Positions 1 through 12,480 of a stretch of 64,000 nt of DNA are shown in pieces (position 1 is the first letter of the stretch; each line of letters begins with the position of its first letter). The notes under the pieces are model-generated. The model made no database searches. It saw nothing but the letters and a program-made list of their open reading frames with translations, and was not told where the DNA came from. Source of the stretch: Lama glama (taxonomy: Eukaryota); contig CM052817.1 of assembly GCA_028534125.1 (NCBI GenBank), positions 48,486,001 to 48,550,000 on the forward strand, read 5' to 3'. The translations under genes were made by a program, and so were the position numbers.

Positions 1-129
1 TTGTGTGAGGAAAGTGACAGGCATTTTGGAGCCTGCTTTGTTTTGCTGTTGGAAGATTGCAATTCTAGTGACTTGTATAATTGAGCTATTGATTTCTAGT
101 TTTAATTCATTTAACTCACATACTTTCAG

Positions 130-285
130 ACTGCAGAATTCGCAATGGTGAGAATGGAATACATTTCCTCTTAAATAGAGATGGGAAACGAAGGGGTGAT
201 GCCTTAATTGAAATGGAGTCAGAGCAGGATGTGCAAAAAGCCTTAGAAAAACACCGCATGTACATGGGGCAGCGATACGTGGAAG
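130..285 (+). CDS. GRSF1: GRSF1 coding exon (qRRM1 C-terminal half), 156 nt
   Basis: tttcag|ACTGCAGA...GTGGAAG|gtacgt; encodes (D)CRIRNGENGIHFLLNRDGKRRGDALIEMESEQDVQKALEKHRMYMGQRYVE. Confidence 0.95.
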
Positions 286-676
286 GTACGTGACGTCATG
301 TTCTAGCTCCTGGCGATTGTTACGGTAGACTGTGCTTCCCAAGGCACTTTCAGCTCGTCCTTAACAAGAGTGAAGTAGTTAGATATTATGAATACACCCG
401 TTCCCAGGGTGTGAAAATGAAGCCCAGAGATAATTTCAGATTCTTACCTATAAAATGAGGAGGATGTTGACCAAATTTACCTCAGAAGTTGCGATGTTAC
501 ACCTGGCACATAGTAAGTAATACTTGATAAATGTCATTTATTGTCTTCTCCAGAGAAGTACATAAAGATAAAAATAAATACTAGTTTTTGGATAACCCAC
601 CCAGTGTGATTATTTTTTTAATGGCTTCTTTCTTTATTGTGTAAGTTTTGCATACCTTTTATGCTCTTTTTCTTAG

Positions 677-820
677 TATATGAGATAAACAATGAAGATG
701 TGGATGCCTTAATGAAGAGCCTGCAGGTCAAATCTTCACCTGTGGTAAACGATGGCGTGGTTCGTTTGAGAGGACTTCCTTATAGTTGCAATGAGAAAGA
801 CATCGTAGACTTCTTTGCAG
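677..820 (+). CDS. GRSF1: GRSF1 coding exon, 144 nt (start of qRRM2)
   Basis: tcttag|TATATGAG...TTTGCAG|gtgttt; (V)YEINNEDVDALMKSLQVKSSPVVNDGVVRLRGLPYSCNEKDIVDFFA; lies in ORF 637..894. Confidence 0.95.
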
Positions 821-1448
821 GTGTTTCCCAGTTATATCTTGTTTGGGGCCTCATATCTTTTCCCTCACATTGTTTCCTCCTTTTTTTTAGGTGAACCTCT
901 TCCTAGGTAACTGCATACAGTTATATTAGGTGCTTTAGGGGGGAACTCTTAGGTTGGATTTTAAATGTTTGTAGATTTTATAAGTGTTTTGACCTTTCAC
1001 ACTGATCTTTGGGAGATGTCAGATTTAAAAATGATTTCATGTGGGTTCATTTTACTATTGAGGAAAATGTCCTCTCATAAGAGTGGTTATATTTGTCTAA
1101 GGCAATAGCAATTTATATGATTTAAAAGCATTATCATCTAATTCTTAGCTGTAAAATATGTACCAGTAGTGATAGTCTGAATCTTTTCCCTACTATATAA
1201 TTAATGGCAAAACAGATGGACAGCTTGGACCCTAAACATTTTTGAATATGTAGATGTTATTAGCTTTTGGCTGCATAATAATTTTCTTCCCATTAGGCAT
1301 GTATTCAGCTTTGGGGCTGGCAAAATAGTCCTACAATTTTACTAGTAAAATAAAAAAAATTCTTAGTATGTGAAAGAATGTTTTAATTCTAAGAATAAAG
1401 ATGCCCTTGCTAGCAGAACTAATTTGTAATAATTTTTGGATGTCTTAG

Positions 1449-1584
1449 GACTGAATATAGTAGACATTACTTTTGTCATGGATTACAGAGGGAGAAGAAA
1501 AACAGGAGAAGCCTATGTGCAATTTGAAGAACCAGAGATGGCTAACCAAGCCCTGTTGAAACACAGGGAAGAAATTGGTAACCG
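1449..1584 (+). CDS. GRSF1: GRSF1 coding exon, 136 nt (qRRM2)
   Basis: tcttag|GACTGAAT...AACCG|gtaagt; (G)[44 protein letters not shown](R). Confidence 0.95.
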
Positions 1585-1649
1585 GTAAGTGAAGCAGATA
1601 CTAATGATGTGGAAGAATCATACTTTGGGTCATTTTGATGAATGCATTG

Positions 1650-2280
1650 TAATAAAACAGTAAGATTATCTAAACACAGAAAAAGAAGACAGTAGTATGA
1701 TAAGCTGTCAAATGCCCATCACTTAGATTAACAAATTATTAACATTTGTTGTATTTGCTGCACCGGTTTTTCAGTATATATCTTTAAAAATCCTTTTTTA
1801 ACACGATCCCAATATTATGACATTTAACAAAATTAGCAATGATTTATTGTCCAATACCAGCCCATAATCACACTTTCCCATTTATACCAAAATATCTTTT
1901 CCATTTGCTTTTTTTTGGCACCAGAATCTAGACATGGTCCACACATTGAGTTTGATTGTTATGCCTCTAGTCTCTTAAATTAGAGCAAATCCCCTTTTCC
2001 TTTATTTTTTTTTATTACCTCCTGCTTTTTAAATGCAATTGACTTTTGAAGAAATTGGGTCAGGTGTCCTGTTCAGTGTCTCACGTTCTGTATTTATCCT
2101 GTTGCTTCCTCATGGTGTCATTTAACTTGTTCCTTTGTATCTGTTATTTCCTGAAAACTGGAAGTTAAAGCTAAAGTCTTGAATTGACTCAGGTTAACAT
2201 TTTGATATGGATACTCTCTGGGCAATACTGTATACTGCATATCTCATCACATTAGGATGCATGTAGTGATGGGTCGGTTC
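1650..2280 (-). mobile_element. Old LINE-1 (L1MC/L1ME-type) 3' fragment in a GRSF1 intron; boundaries approximate
   Basis: Typical L1M 3' UTR motifs: cacacattgagtttgattgttatgcctct, gaagaaattgggtcaggtgtcctg, gttaacattttgatatggatact. Confidence 0.55.
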
Positions 2281-3259
2281 ATTTGTGTTTTAACTTTCAT
2301 TTTCGAGGAGTACTTAGAAGTGTCAAATTTTAGTACATTGTTTTGCTGCTTTCTAGCCTTTTTACCTGGCTCCTTTGAAGTTTAAAACAAGCCATTTCAG
2401 GATCTACTTAATGGAATTAGTTCAGAGGTCTTTATTAAAATTTTTTGTTACTTAGTTATTTTTTATGAAATTTTTTTAAATGAAGAAAGTATATGTAAAG
2501 TACCCTCCCTTTAATTTTTTTTCAGTACTCTTCATATTTTCTTATAACTTGGAACACATCAATATTATGTTTTTATATGGGAACATTAAGGCAGTGTACA
2601 AATGTCTTCAATAAATTAAGAAATGATACCCTCTAATCTTTATAGATCTGTAAATAAAAATGATTTTTACAGTTCAAGCTTAATAACTAAATTTGGAAAA
2701 GCAGTGTTGTGAAAAAGAAAACTGGTTCCAGAAGCCTGGATTTAATCAATAGTTCCATAGTCAAACAGTAAGTCAGAATTGACATTTACATCATGAATTC
2801 TCATTAGCCTCTTAGTGCAGTCCTGAACTGGCTCCTCATATACGGTGACTTTTAATATCTTAAACAGTTATGATTAATTTTCACAGAATTGAATTGTAAG
2901 GCTTCAAGAGATTAATTAACTATTAGGAAAAAAACCTTTCTTACCAAATTAATTCTTTTCATACACGCAAATAACCTCTGCGTATTTGTCCTCATGAAGC
3001 AAAACAGGGTAGAAAGCAGAGGTAAAATGTATGTGAAGAAAACTGTTATCTTGGGGGTGGAGGTGATTAAACCAGTGACCTGTTCCGTTGAGAGTACTTC
3101 TTCATGGCCTAACATCTATATCCATTCTTTTTGCCCCACCGGTTTTCTTTGGATACCTGGGTATGTCAGGTGTTAGAAATATTGTATATGCATGTTTTAA
3201 AGAGTTCAGTGTAAAGTCACTTTGTACCATTGTGCCTGTTCGCTTTTGCTTTGACATAG

Positions 3260-3444
3260 ATATATAGAGATATTTCCAAGCAGAAGAAATGAAGTTCGAA
3301 CACATGTTGGCTCTCATAAGGGAAAGAAAATGGCATCTTCTCCTACTGCTAAGTATATAACTGAGCCAGAAATGGTCTTTGAAGAGCATGAAGTGAATGA
3401 GGATACCCGACCCATGACAGGTTTTGAAAGTGAGAAGGAAGTAG
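3260..3444 (+). CDS. GRSF1: GRSF1 coding exon, 185 nt (end of qRRM2 and acidic linker)
   Basis: acatag|ATATATAG...GAAGTAG|gtaagg; YIEIFPSRRNEVRTHVGSHKGKKMASSPTAKYITEPEMVFEEHEVNEDTRPMTGFESEKEV. Confidence 0.93.
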
Positions 3445-3591
3445 GTAAGGACATTCCTCTTATTGATCTGCTTTGCATGTTTTGATAGTTAATTTTTTTA
3501 TGACCGTGTTGTATGAAATTATGAGATTATAGGACAAGGGAATTGAGTTAAATATTTAATATGTCTTTGAGTGTAGAATGTACTCTGAATA

Positions 3592-3725
3592 CAGTTGCCT
3601 CTAAGTATCCCCAGGGAGTTGGTTCCAGGACCCACCATGGATACCAAAATCCATGAATGCTCAAATCCCATAGGTAGCCCTCCCTGTCCATGGGTCCCAC
3701 ATTTACAGATATAGAGGGCCAACTA
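3592..3725 (+). mobile_element. Short non-autonomous TcMar-Tigger (MER2/Tigger2-like) element
   Basis: ta|CAGTTGCCTCTAAGTATC ... GATATAGAGGGCCAACTA degenerate TIRs; core ttggttccaggaccc...ggataccaaaatccatgaatgctcaa is MER2-like. Confidence 0.7.
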
Positions 3726-4365
3726 TGTATGTAGAAGGGCTTTATTATGCCGTAGGCTTTTGCCTTTTTTTTTTTTTCAATATAATCATCTTCGTAGATT
3801 CTATGTCAAAGGCTGGGTGGCACATATATAAAAAAAGAAGTAAAATGTCAACACTTAAGATGGGAAAAAAATGTGTATAGAGAGCAGGAATGTTGACTAA
3901 GGAGTTTTGTTTGCCTCTGTATTTAATCATTCCTTTGATTCCTAATCCCAAAGCAACATTTGGAATCTTTGAAGTTGATAAATCCTTTTTAAGTGCGTGC
4001 CCTAGGATTAGCCTGTTACAACTTTTTTTTTTTTTTTTTTTTTTTGGTGACGATAACCCAGAAAGTTTTTCTTTTGCCTTTATATTTTTCCATTCATAAT
4101 CATTTCTCCTCTCTGTTGTGAGAGAAAGATACAGTCTTTTGGAATCTGGTAGTGGTTTGAAATACTGAAGCCTTATGAGTGTTCAGGTGATATTTGTTAA
4201 GTGGCAGAAATTTTAGGTTGTTTTGGCTTTTAAAATTAAAGCCCTCTTCCTTACTGTTTCAAGAGGAATGAAGGACTTGGACGTACAGGTCATGCCTAGT
4301 TATAACCCGTTAGTGACTCTCGAAGCTGCAATGTTCTGGATGGTGCTTCTTGTTCTGCTTCTCAG

Positions 4366-4487
4366 AGTTGCCCAAGGAGACGTCAGAAAAGCTTCCAGAG
4401 GCTGTTGATTTTGGAGCTGCGTCTTCACTACATTTTGTCCACATGAGAGGATTGCCTTTCCAAGCCAATGCCCAGGACATCATAAAT
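4366..4487 (+). CDS. GRSF1: GRSF1 coding exon, 122 nt (start of qRRM3)
   Basis: tctcag|AGTTGCCC...ATAAAT|gtatgt; (E)LPKETSEKLPEAVDFGAASSLHFVHMRGLPFQANAQDIIN. Confidence 0.95.
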
Positions 4488-5655
4488 GTATGTGGTAGTA
4501 AGATACCCAGTCTCAGTAGCTTTGAACAGAAGTTCTAAGGTGGAACTTCTATTAAATCAGGGAAGGTGGAGAAGAAGAATACAGCATCCCTGTGGTAGCT
4601 TTGGGTAGTAAGGTGGCGTCTCCGTAGTTGTGGAGGCTTGTCTTACTTTCTTGAGCCAAGAAGTATGGGTTTTATTACATTTTAGGGTCAAATGTATAAT
4701 AGATAAGAGGATTTTATAGATGCAGAATAATATGGTGTAGGTTTAGTATTCAAAGTAAAAAAGTTTGGTTTTTCTCTAAATTAGTTCAACCCATTCATTT
4801 TTGAGTTTAGGAAAAGGAGACTCAGGGCATTTCTCACAGAGCTGTTATATACTAGACACAAATCCAGGACTCCTAAATGCCTAGAGCTTTCATTAGACTG
4901 TACAGCCTCCTTACATCTGGCTTCCCTAATCTTTGAGAAAAGGAATTTTTAAAATATTTTTATTTCATGATAGATACTGTATGAAATGAAAAGATAGAAC
5001 AGTGAAGCCCCTATTGACTTCATAAACTTGAGAACATTTACTTAAGGTAGATCCATACTCAGAGCCCTGTTTCAGTTAGTAGTGGGGTCTCACAGTTTTC
5101 TTCATGATTTCAAAAAGCGTAATAGGAATCATATCTTTACCTAAATGAAAGTTGCATGGTCTTGTTAAAGAATTACATTCTGTTGCTTTGGTTTGGAGTG
5201 ATAACTACTCAGCGTGGTAGCTGTCTTTAGGTAGTGCTGGTAAAAAACTGATTATCAGGTGGATGTCTAATTGAAAACAATGATAAAAATGAATTATGAA
5301 GAAATGAAGTGTATTTGATGGATAGTTTTTAGAAATAGGGAAGGATGTGTGTGGGAGGAATAATAAAAATGGTCCTTCTTGGTATAAAAAAAATTTGAGA
5401 ATTATATATACGGTATTGTACTTACAGTTTAAGTTCTCTGTGAACAGATATATGAAATGTGACTTTGAGTTCCAAGAAGATCAGAAAAGGAGGTGGTAGA
5501 TGTGTAACTACATTGTTGCTTAAAGAGATTTCCTGAAAATAAATTTATCAGATACATGAATCCAAGTCTGAAAGAAAAATGCAGAGCCACCAGACTTGTA
5601 GAAATCGGACCCAGTAACATCATGTTCCTCTTGGCTTCCTTGGTTTGTTGTTCAG

Positions 5656-5791
5656 TTTTTTGCTCCACTGAAGCCTGTTAGAATCACCATGGAATACAGT
5701 TCCAGCGGGAAGGCCACTGGAGAAGCTGACGTGCACTTCGACACTCATGAAGATGCTGTTGCAGCTATGCTCAAGGATCGGTCCCACGTTC
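5656..5791 (+). CDS. GRSF1: GRSF1 coding exon, 136 nt (qRRM3)
   Basis: gttcag|TTTTTTGCT...CACGTTC|gtaagt; FFAPLKPVRITMEYSSSGKATGEADVHFDTHEDAVAAMLKDRSHV. Confidence 0.95.
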
Positions 5792-6156
5792 GTAAGTGCT
5801 GCCCTTGGTTTCTGTTGTCATGTTTGATGTCTGTCTGTTTACAAATGCCTTTCTCTGCTTTGCAGTTTGCCTAGAATTTTTCCTTTGGGATAATTGTATT
5901 CCATTAATGCTACTAAATAAGTATAAAAAAGACAAAAAAAAAAAACCAACCCCACTATATTATAGTGAGAAGCATTTATTCATTAATTATCATGCATATA
6001 TCCATCCAGAATTAGATAGAATTTTTTTTTTTTCACTAGGGAAAGGATGGGGCAAAGGGCTTGAGTTACTGTCTGAACTATGAGGAAAATAAATGACTAC
6101 ACCATTATTTCTGCCCTTACAACTTTAAAAAATGAATCTTTTTTTGTCATCCTCAG

Positions 6157-6206
6157 ACCATAGGTATATTGAATTGTTCCTGAATTCGTGTCCAAAAGGA
6201 AAATAA
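6157..6206 (+). CDS. GRSF1: GRSF1 last coding exon (exon extends to the donor after 6232); stop TAA 6204-6206
   Basis: cctcag|ACCATAGG...GGAAAATAA; (H)HRYIELFLNSCPKGK*; donor AATGAG|gtaaat at 6232/6233. Confidence 0.95.
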
Positions 6207-7195
6207 GACTTCCAGAGACTCCAGATAATGAGGTAAATTTAAGAGGTGCAATTGTGGAAATTATTTTCAATTGATAAATTAGTCATTTCCTCACTCGTAA
6301 TACGATTGAAGCCATTTCTTTTTAATAAAGATCAAACTAATCATGATAATTGAAGCTTCAGTATAAGGAGTGAAACTCCCCGGGAAACAGACTATATTAT
6401 GGTCATATAGTGGCTTTGAGTATTTTCCCCTTTAGAATCTGTTTGTACCATCCCCAACGTTCATCACGCTGTGTGCCCAGATAAGTACCTCTGGCTGCTC
6501 TATGTCACAGTACATTAACTTGTCTTCCTATAAAATTTAAATACATTTACTCAGTTCTAAGATATTTTTAAGATGTTATAAGTGATACATTTGAAACCAG
6601 GGTGTATCATGCATCTATACACTGAATGTACTGCTGTGTCTTTTCCTAAAATGGTGTTATCAAAATGGCAGTCCTGGGAAATCCTTAGATTTCATACAGT
6701 TAACTTCTCTGTGGTAAATCAACTATGTATGTCTTGATGTTCCTTCCCTTACTCAGTGCTATATGGTGTCTTTTTTCCCCCTAAAATCTTTTCATATATT
6801 GTATTGTAATCATTTTTCTACATGTAGTGGTACATTCCTTTGAGGCACTTTACTGTAATGATTCCTTAAAAACACATGGGACATTTCTTTACCATCGTTG
6901 TCATAGACTGTTTTTGGATATAAAGTCCCACAGTCTTGTGATGTTAAATATTTTCATTAGTTAAACTCTATATGAAATATATTCTGTGCTCAACTCTGAA
7001 AATCTACTGTCTTCATGCCAGGCTGTAAGCACTAACGCCCAGCTAATTTTCTTCACCTTAACTTAGTTGATTTGTCGGAAAACTTGCACTAAATCAGAAA
7101 GAAAAAAAAGAATTTATAATTTGAAATGATACAGGAACATGTGTAGTAGCATTTTTCATTTTGAGTAAATGTACACCACTTTTTTTTTTTTCCAG

Positions 7196-8320
7196 GATGA
7201 AGCAAGAAGCATTTCATTTGCACACCTTTCTTGGACATGGGATATAAAGTTCCAGTTTTTTAAGCAGTAACTGCTAGAGGAATGATTTGGGGGTTTGGGG
7301 TGAATTGCTTATAAGAAAAAATCCATAATGGACTGTTTAGCAAGAAAAAGGAAAGATTCAGTTGGGGATTATGAAATAAACTACAAATTTAGTTTTTTGT
7401 TTAAACTGTCCAGAATCTGATTAAAGAATCTGACCGTTATTTTCTATGATTAAACAGTTTGTTTTCACAGAGGATATGTGACCCAGTGTAAAGACTACGT
7501 ATTTTTATTCAGCACTCTTCCTTTAAAATCTTCTCCCATTTTAAAAATAATCTGTTTGAGGTTTTCTTTTTTTGCCTGTGAATTAAGAGCTTTGATGTAA
7601 AACTTCTCATGGAATAAAGTACTGATTTCTTTTAAGCAAATACTCACCAAAGCAAGGAAAGGTTTCAGACCTTTGAACCATTATCATTTGGCAGAGTAGT
7701 TTTAATTTTAGGTGTATTTAATTACTTTGATAGTGATAAGACTTTTAAAAAAGGAATCAAAACAAAAAATACCACTGGTTAGTGTAAATGACAACAGTTT
7801 GTCAGTTTGATGTCTCTGGAAATGTTTTGCCTTTCTAAACCCTGTGCTACAGGCATTTAACATTGGTGTCTGTATAATTAAAGAGGGAATTGTAGTGTCA
7901 AAAGTTGTCTGAACACCCCTGCCCTCAGCCCCGTCTTTCTTTGGTTTTCAGTAAACCTTGAAGTGTGTGTTAGTGTCAAAACTGTGAAGTGACATGTCAT
8001 GGCAGTCCTGATTGGTAAGGACATTGATGGCTTCACTTGAATTTAAACCAGCTCTAGATAGGATGGAATCTAAGTCTCCTCATTTGCTTTTTTCAGTGGG
8101 GTAGCACATCCCATATTTTAGAACAAGTAGGGGTGCCTTGCTTAAATAAAAATAGCATTTAATGTATAATTGTGTGAAGGGTTTATGGATAAAGCTGTAT
8201 TTCTGTCACATTGTGGCAGTACCTTCTGCTTTAATATTAAACAGCTTGTTATTTAAACATTGGATCAAAATAGCTGGCTTCAAAATGTAGTCCTTAATAA
8301 ACTAATTTTATGTGCACCTG
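7196..8320 (+). other. GRSF1: GRSF1 terminal non-coding exon (3' UTR); 3' end approximate
   Basis: Long T tract + tccag|GATGAAGCAAGAAGC acceptor; repeat-free AU-rich sequence resembling the mammalian GRSF1 3' UTR as recalled; several poly(A) signals. Confidence 0.8.
8296..8301 (+). terminator. Candidate main GRSF1 polyadenylation signal AATAAA (others: AATAAA 7375, 7613, 8145, 8542; ATTAAA 8236)
   Basis: AATAAA followed by U/GU-rich sequence (tttctctgccttgttcctgttc). Confidence 0.6.
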
Positions 8321-10039
8321 TAGGAGAATCAAAGTCCTGTATACTTTCTCTGCCTTGTTCCTGTTCTCAGGGTGACGACTGCCACGTGGTTACCAGGAGA
8401 TGCAGATCTAGTCCTTAAAATTGAATTAGCCCCAGTTTCTGAGAGGTGATATCTGGAAGAGAGATTACATCTTCTCTCACTTAATACATAACCGTCTTTG
8501 ATTACCAGCTAAGATACGAAATCACTGTACTGTAAGTAGTCAATAAATGAAGGCTTGTTTCAGGCTGAAGATTACCTAAGAGTATTTATTTTGGAGTGTG
8601 TGAATCAACCTAATATATTTTTATTACATCAAATCCTGGTATATTGTAAGAAGAAATGATTATTTTTCTGTTGTGTTTGTTTCCACCGTCCTGAAAGAAC
8701 GTGACTTAATCAGCGAGCTTCTGTATTACTACCTGGATAGAAATGTATTTTCATGTGTAGTTGAGTATACTGAGTGAGCTCTGAGAACTGGTGTCTGTAG
8801 CTGTATGACCAATTAGAATGTGATCTTTTTCTCTCCTTTTAGCAGTAGGTATCTGATTTGCTGCAGAAAAAATCTGTAGGGTCTGTTGGGATTGTGGTTG
8901 GTGAGGAATTAATTCATTTGCAATTACTTTATTTTAAAGCTGATGAGTTTCATTTGCATATCCCTGGGAAAAGAATGAGAGCAGCAGCACTAAGATGTTA
9001 CGTGGTGGGTGAGCTGGAAGGGTTATCTTCTTGTCACACTAGTGGCTGATTTCTCAGTGCAGAAGGTGGGCGTTCTTGGGAAATCATCTCATGAATTCAT
9101 ATGCTTTCCTATACTGCCGTTAGTAAGTTATTGCTCATAATTTAGGCTGGTACATGGATAATTGCCGATAGGACAAATGTAGTTACTGGAAAGAGAAGAA
9201 AAGCACATAATAGAATAGAAGTAATCTTTTATGTGTATCCAATCAAAAGACATACTTCTCTTTTGAAATTTGACAAAACTGGGTTGTGCAACATCATTTT
9301 TTACTGAAAAAAAAAATGACAGTGACTTTTGCTCTTCTGTTTGGGTCCTTTGTGTCTTTATAATCTCCTAGGTGGTAAAGTTGTCAAAAATAGTGGGATT
9401 GGATGTGGCCAGGTTGTCCATATCTTGCTTTTGCTCGCTCAAAAGAATTGCAAGGGAGAACTCGATAAGTAGCATGTAGATACCAAGGAGAAAATGCTGA
9501 AGACTGTGAGCTGATGAACTCACTGAAACCAGAGGAGGAAGCAAAACCATTTTGTATTTGTCCCTCTAAGCCTGGGTAAATGAGGCTTCTGCCAGGTGGG
9601 CAGGGAGACCGAATCCGCTGTGGAGCAGAGGCTCTATATCCTTTTCACTAATTCTGCAGTATGACAAGAAAGAAGCAGGAGAAAGCCACTTCCATCTCGG
9701 TGACTTTTTGAGGCAATGACCCTGCTTGTTACTAGTTAACATGCCCTATTGGCATCCTCTGCCTTAAACAGTCTCTTAGCAGATTCTCATTTGGAGATTT
9801 TTCTCTTCATTACATCCTATTCATTTTATAATTTAAAACACTTAATTAGTTTGAGTTTCCTCCAAATTACATGAAAGGGTTCACATTCAATTGGTAGGAC
9901 CTGTAATATAGGGTAGAATGGTGTATCTCAGCAGTAAAGTGCCTAAATTACAGGGGCTTTGAAGAAAAATTGCTCGATGTAGTAGGAATACATTTTCCTG
10001 CCTGACTTCAGCAGGTTGGAAAATAAATCTCTGAAGTTT

Positions 10040-12480
10040 GTACGAAGGGAATAAAGCTGCTATAAACATTCGTGTGTAGGTTTTTGTGTATACATAAGAT
10101 TTCAGCTCATTTGGGTAAATACCAAGGAGTGTGATTGCTGGATCATATGGTAAGACTATGTTTAGTTTTGTAAGAAACTTGCCAAACTGCCTTCCAAGAT
10201 AGCTCTACCGTTTTGCATTTCCACCAGCAATGAATGAGAGTTCCTGCAGCAGCTCATCTTGCCAGCATTTGGTGGTGTCAGTGTTTTCAATTTTAGCTCT
10301 TCTACTAGGTGTGTAGGGATAGCTCGTTTTAGTTTGCAGTTCTATAATAACATAAGGTGTTGACATCATACTGTCTTTGGTGGGCGTTCGTTCAGATATT
10401 TTGTCAATTTTTCAATTGGGTGGTTTTCTTACTGAATTTTAGGAAGAGGATAGAGGAAGGTTTAATTTGGTTCTTATGCTTTGATGATATGAAAATAAAT
10501 AGTGGGGTACTTTTAAAATTGTGTTTTTATTTTTTGAAAGAAGTAAAATTCAAGAGATATGAAGGGGGTATACAGTGGACAGTCTTCCTCCCATCCTGTA
10601 CTTCAGTCATATCTCAGGCAACACTCATCAGTTTCATTTAATGTAAACTTCCAGTGACTGCATAGATAAGCAAATATTAATAGACATTTTCATTTATTTT
10701 TAAAATATAAATTATAGCATACTATGCCTACTATTCTGTACCTTTTTTCCCTACTTAATACATCCTGAATATTTTATATCAATATAAAATCCTTTCTCAT
10801 TTTTAAAAATCATTGTACAGTACGGATGTGTATGTAATTTAACCTGTCCTTACTGATGAGCATGTAAATTGTTTCCAATCTTTTGCTATTATAATGCCAA
10901 AATGAATTGCCTTGTATAAATTTGTGTCATTTCGTACATACATAAATTTCTCTGTAGGATACATGGTCAAGAGTATGTGCACTTGTAATTTAGATCTAAA
11001 ATTAAATTTATATCTCTAATTGGTTTTTTTCTTAGTTTGCACCAGCAGTGCAAGTGCCCATTTCTCCGTAGCCTCCCTGACACAGTATACTAGCAGTCTG
11101 TTCTTTGCCAATCTGGCAGGTTAAAAACACACCCACACACAATGGCATTCTCTTATGATGTAGGATTTCTTCATTTTAAGAGCTTTTGGACTTTCTTTTT
11201 TATAAATTTGTCTTCATATCCTCTTCCCATTTTTCTTTGTCTCTTACAGACCCCTCCTCATCTTATCCTCATTAATTTTAAAGCAAATTCAAGACAATGT
11301 TATTTATCTGGATATATTTCAGTGTGCATCTCTTTTTAAAAAGGACTTTAAAAAATACCATCATTCCTAAAAATAATAGTTTCTTATCCAATATCTTATC
11401 TGATGTCATTTTTTAAAAAGTTTGTTTGAGTCAGGATCTAAACAGTAGTGCACACACATTTCAATCATTATTATGTCTTTTTCCCTGCGATATAGTTTAA
11501 TAAAAAATTTCAAGCATTTGAAAGAGTTAAGTTACAAACATGCCTATACTTACCACTTCAATTCTACAAGTAACATTTTGCCATATTTGTTTCATCGCGT
11601 GTCTGTGCATCCATCCATCTTTTTTCTCTGTATGTGTCAAAGTTGTAGACATCTATATTTGACTCTTAAATTTCTTGTCATCCATATTAAGTAGACTTCT
11701 TTTTCCTTAGGTAAAACTCATAGTTAATTAAACAAATGTTGTGTACCGTTTGATGAATTTTTACATAAAACTCTGTAATCCAAACCCCTTACAAGCTGTG
11801 GAACATTTCCATCACAGAAAATTTCTTTAGTCAATACCTGCCCCTTTTCCACCCCTTGCCTTGTTAGGATTTTGTTTTCACCATAGATTAATTTGGCCTA
11901 GTCTAGAACTTAATATAAATGGGAGTCATACTTTATGTATTCTTGTGTAAATTTCTCCCACTCAGCATGTGTTAAAATTCATCGATGTGTTTCAGCTCAT
12001 AGTTCCCTTTCACTGCTGTGTGGTATCCTATTGTATGAATGAATATGCCTCGGTTTAACCTTTAACTTGTTGGGTGAACAGCTAATGAATGCTGGGCTGT
12101 TTCCAGGTTTTGGCTATTATGAATAAAGTTGCTGTGAATATCTTGTGCAAGGCTTCTTGTGAACCTTCTTGTTTTAACTTCTTTTGGGTAAGGACTTAGT
12201 AGAATATCCTGAGTTGCAAGGTTGATAAATTTTTAATTTTACTAGAAATTGATATACCCTTTTCCAAAGCGGTCATCCTGTTTTACACACTCACAAACAA
12301 TATGAAAGTTCCAGTTGGTCCGCATCCTCACCATTTGATGTTTTCAGCCTGTAACTTTAGCCATTCTGTGTGTAGTGGTATTTCATTGTGGTCTTAATTT
12401 GCTTTCCCTGACAATCAGTGATGTTGAGCATATTTTCATAAGCTTTTTGGCCATTCAGATACCTATAATGAAATTGAAGT
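10040..12480 (-). mobile_element. Cluster of decayed LINE-1 fragments (ORF2 3' end and 3' UTR); boundaries approximate
   Basis: Antisense L1 motifs: gctgctataaacattcgtgtgtagg, ttgcatttccaccagcaatgaatgagagttcc, ttccaggttttggctattatgaataaagttgctgtgaa. Confidence 0.7.

Larger units (their letters stand above)
130..8320 (+). other. GRSF1: GRSF1 gene, 3' part (G-rich RNA sequence binding factor 1, hnRNP F/H-family qRRM protein); 5' exons outside window; 3' end approximate
   Basis: Seven GT-AG exons splice in frame to DCRIRNGENGIHFLLNRDGKRRGDA...VVRLRGLPY...FVHMRGLPF...HHRYIELFLNSCPKGK*, which I recognise as GRSF1. Confidence 0.97.
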
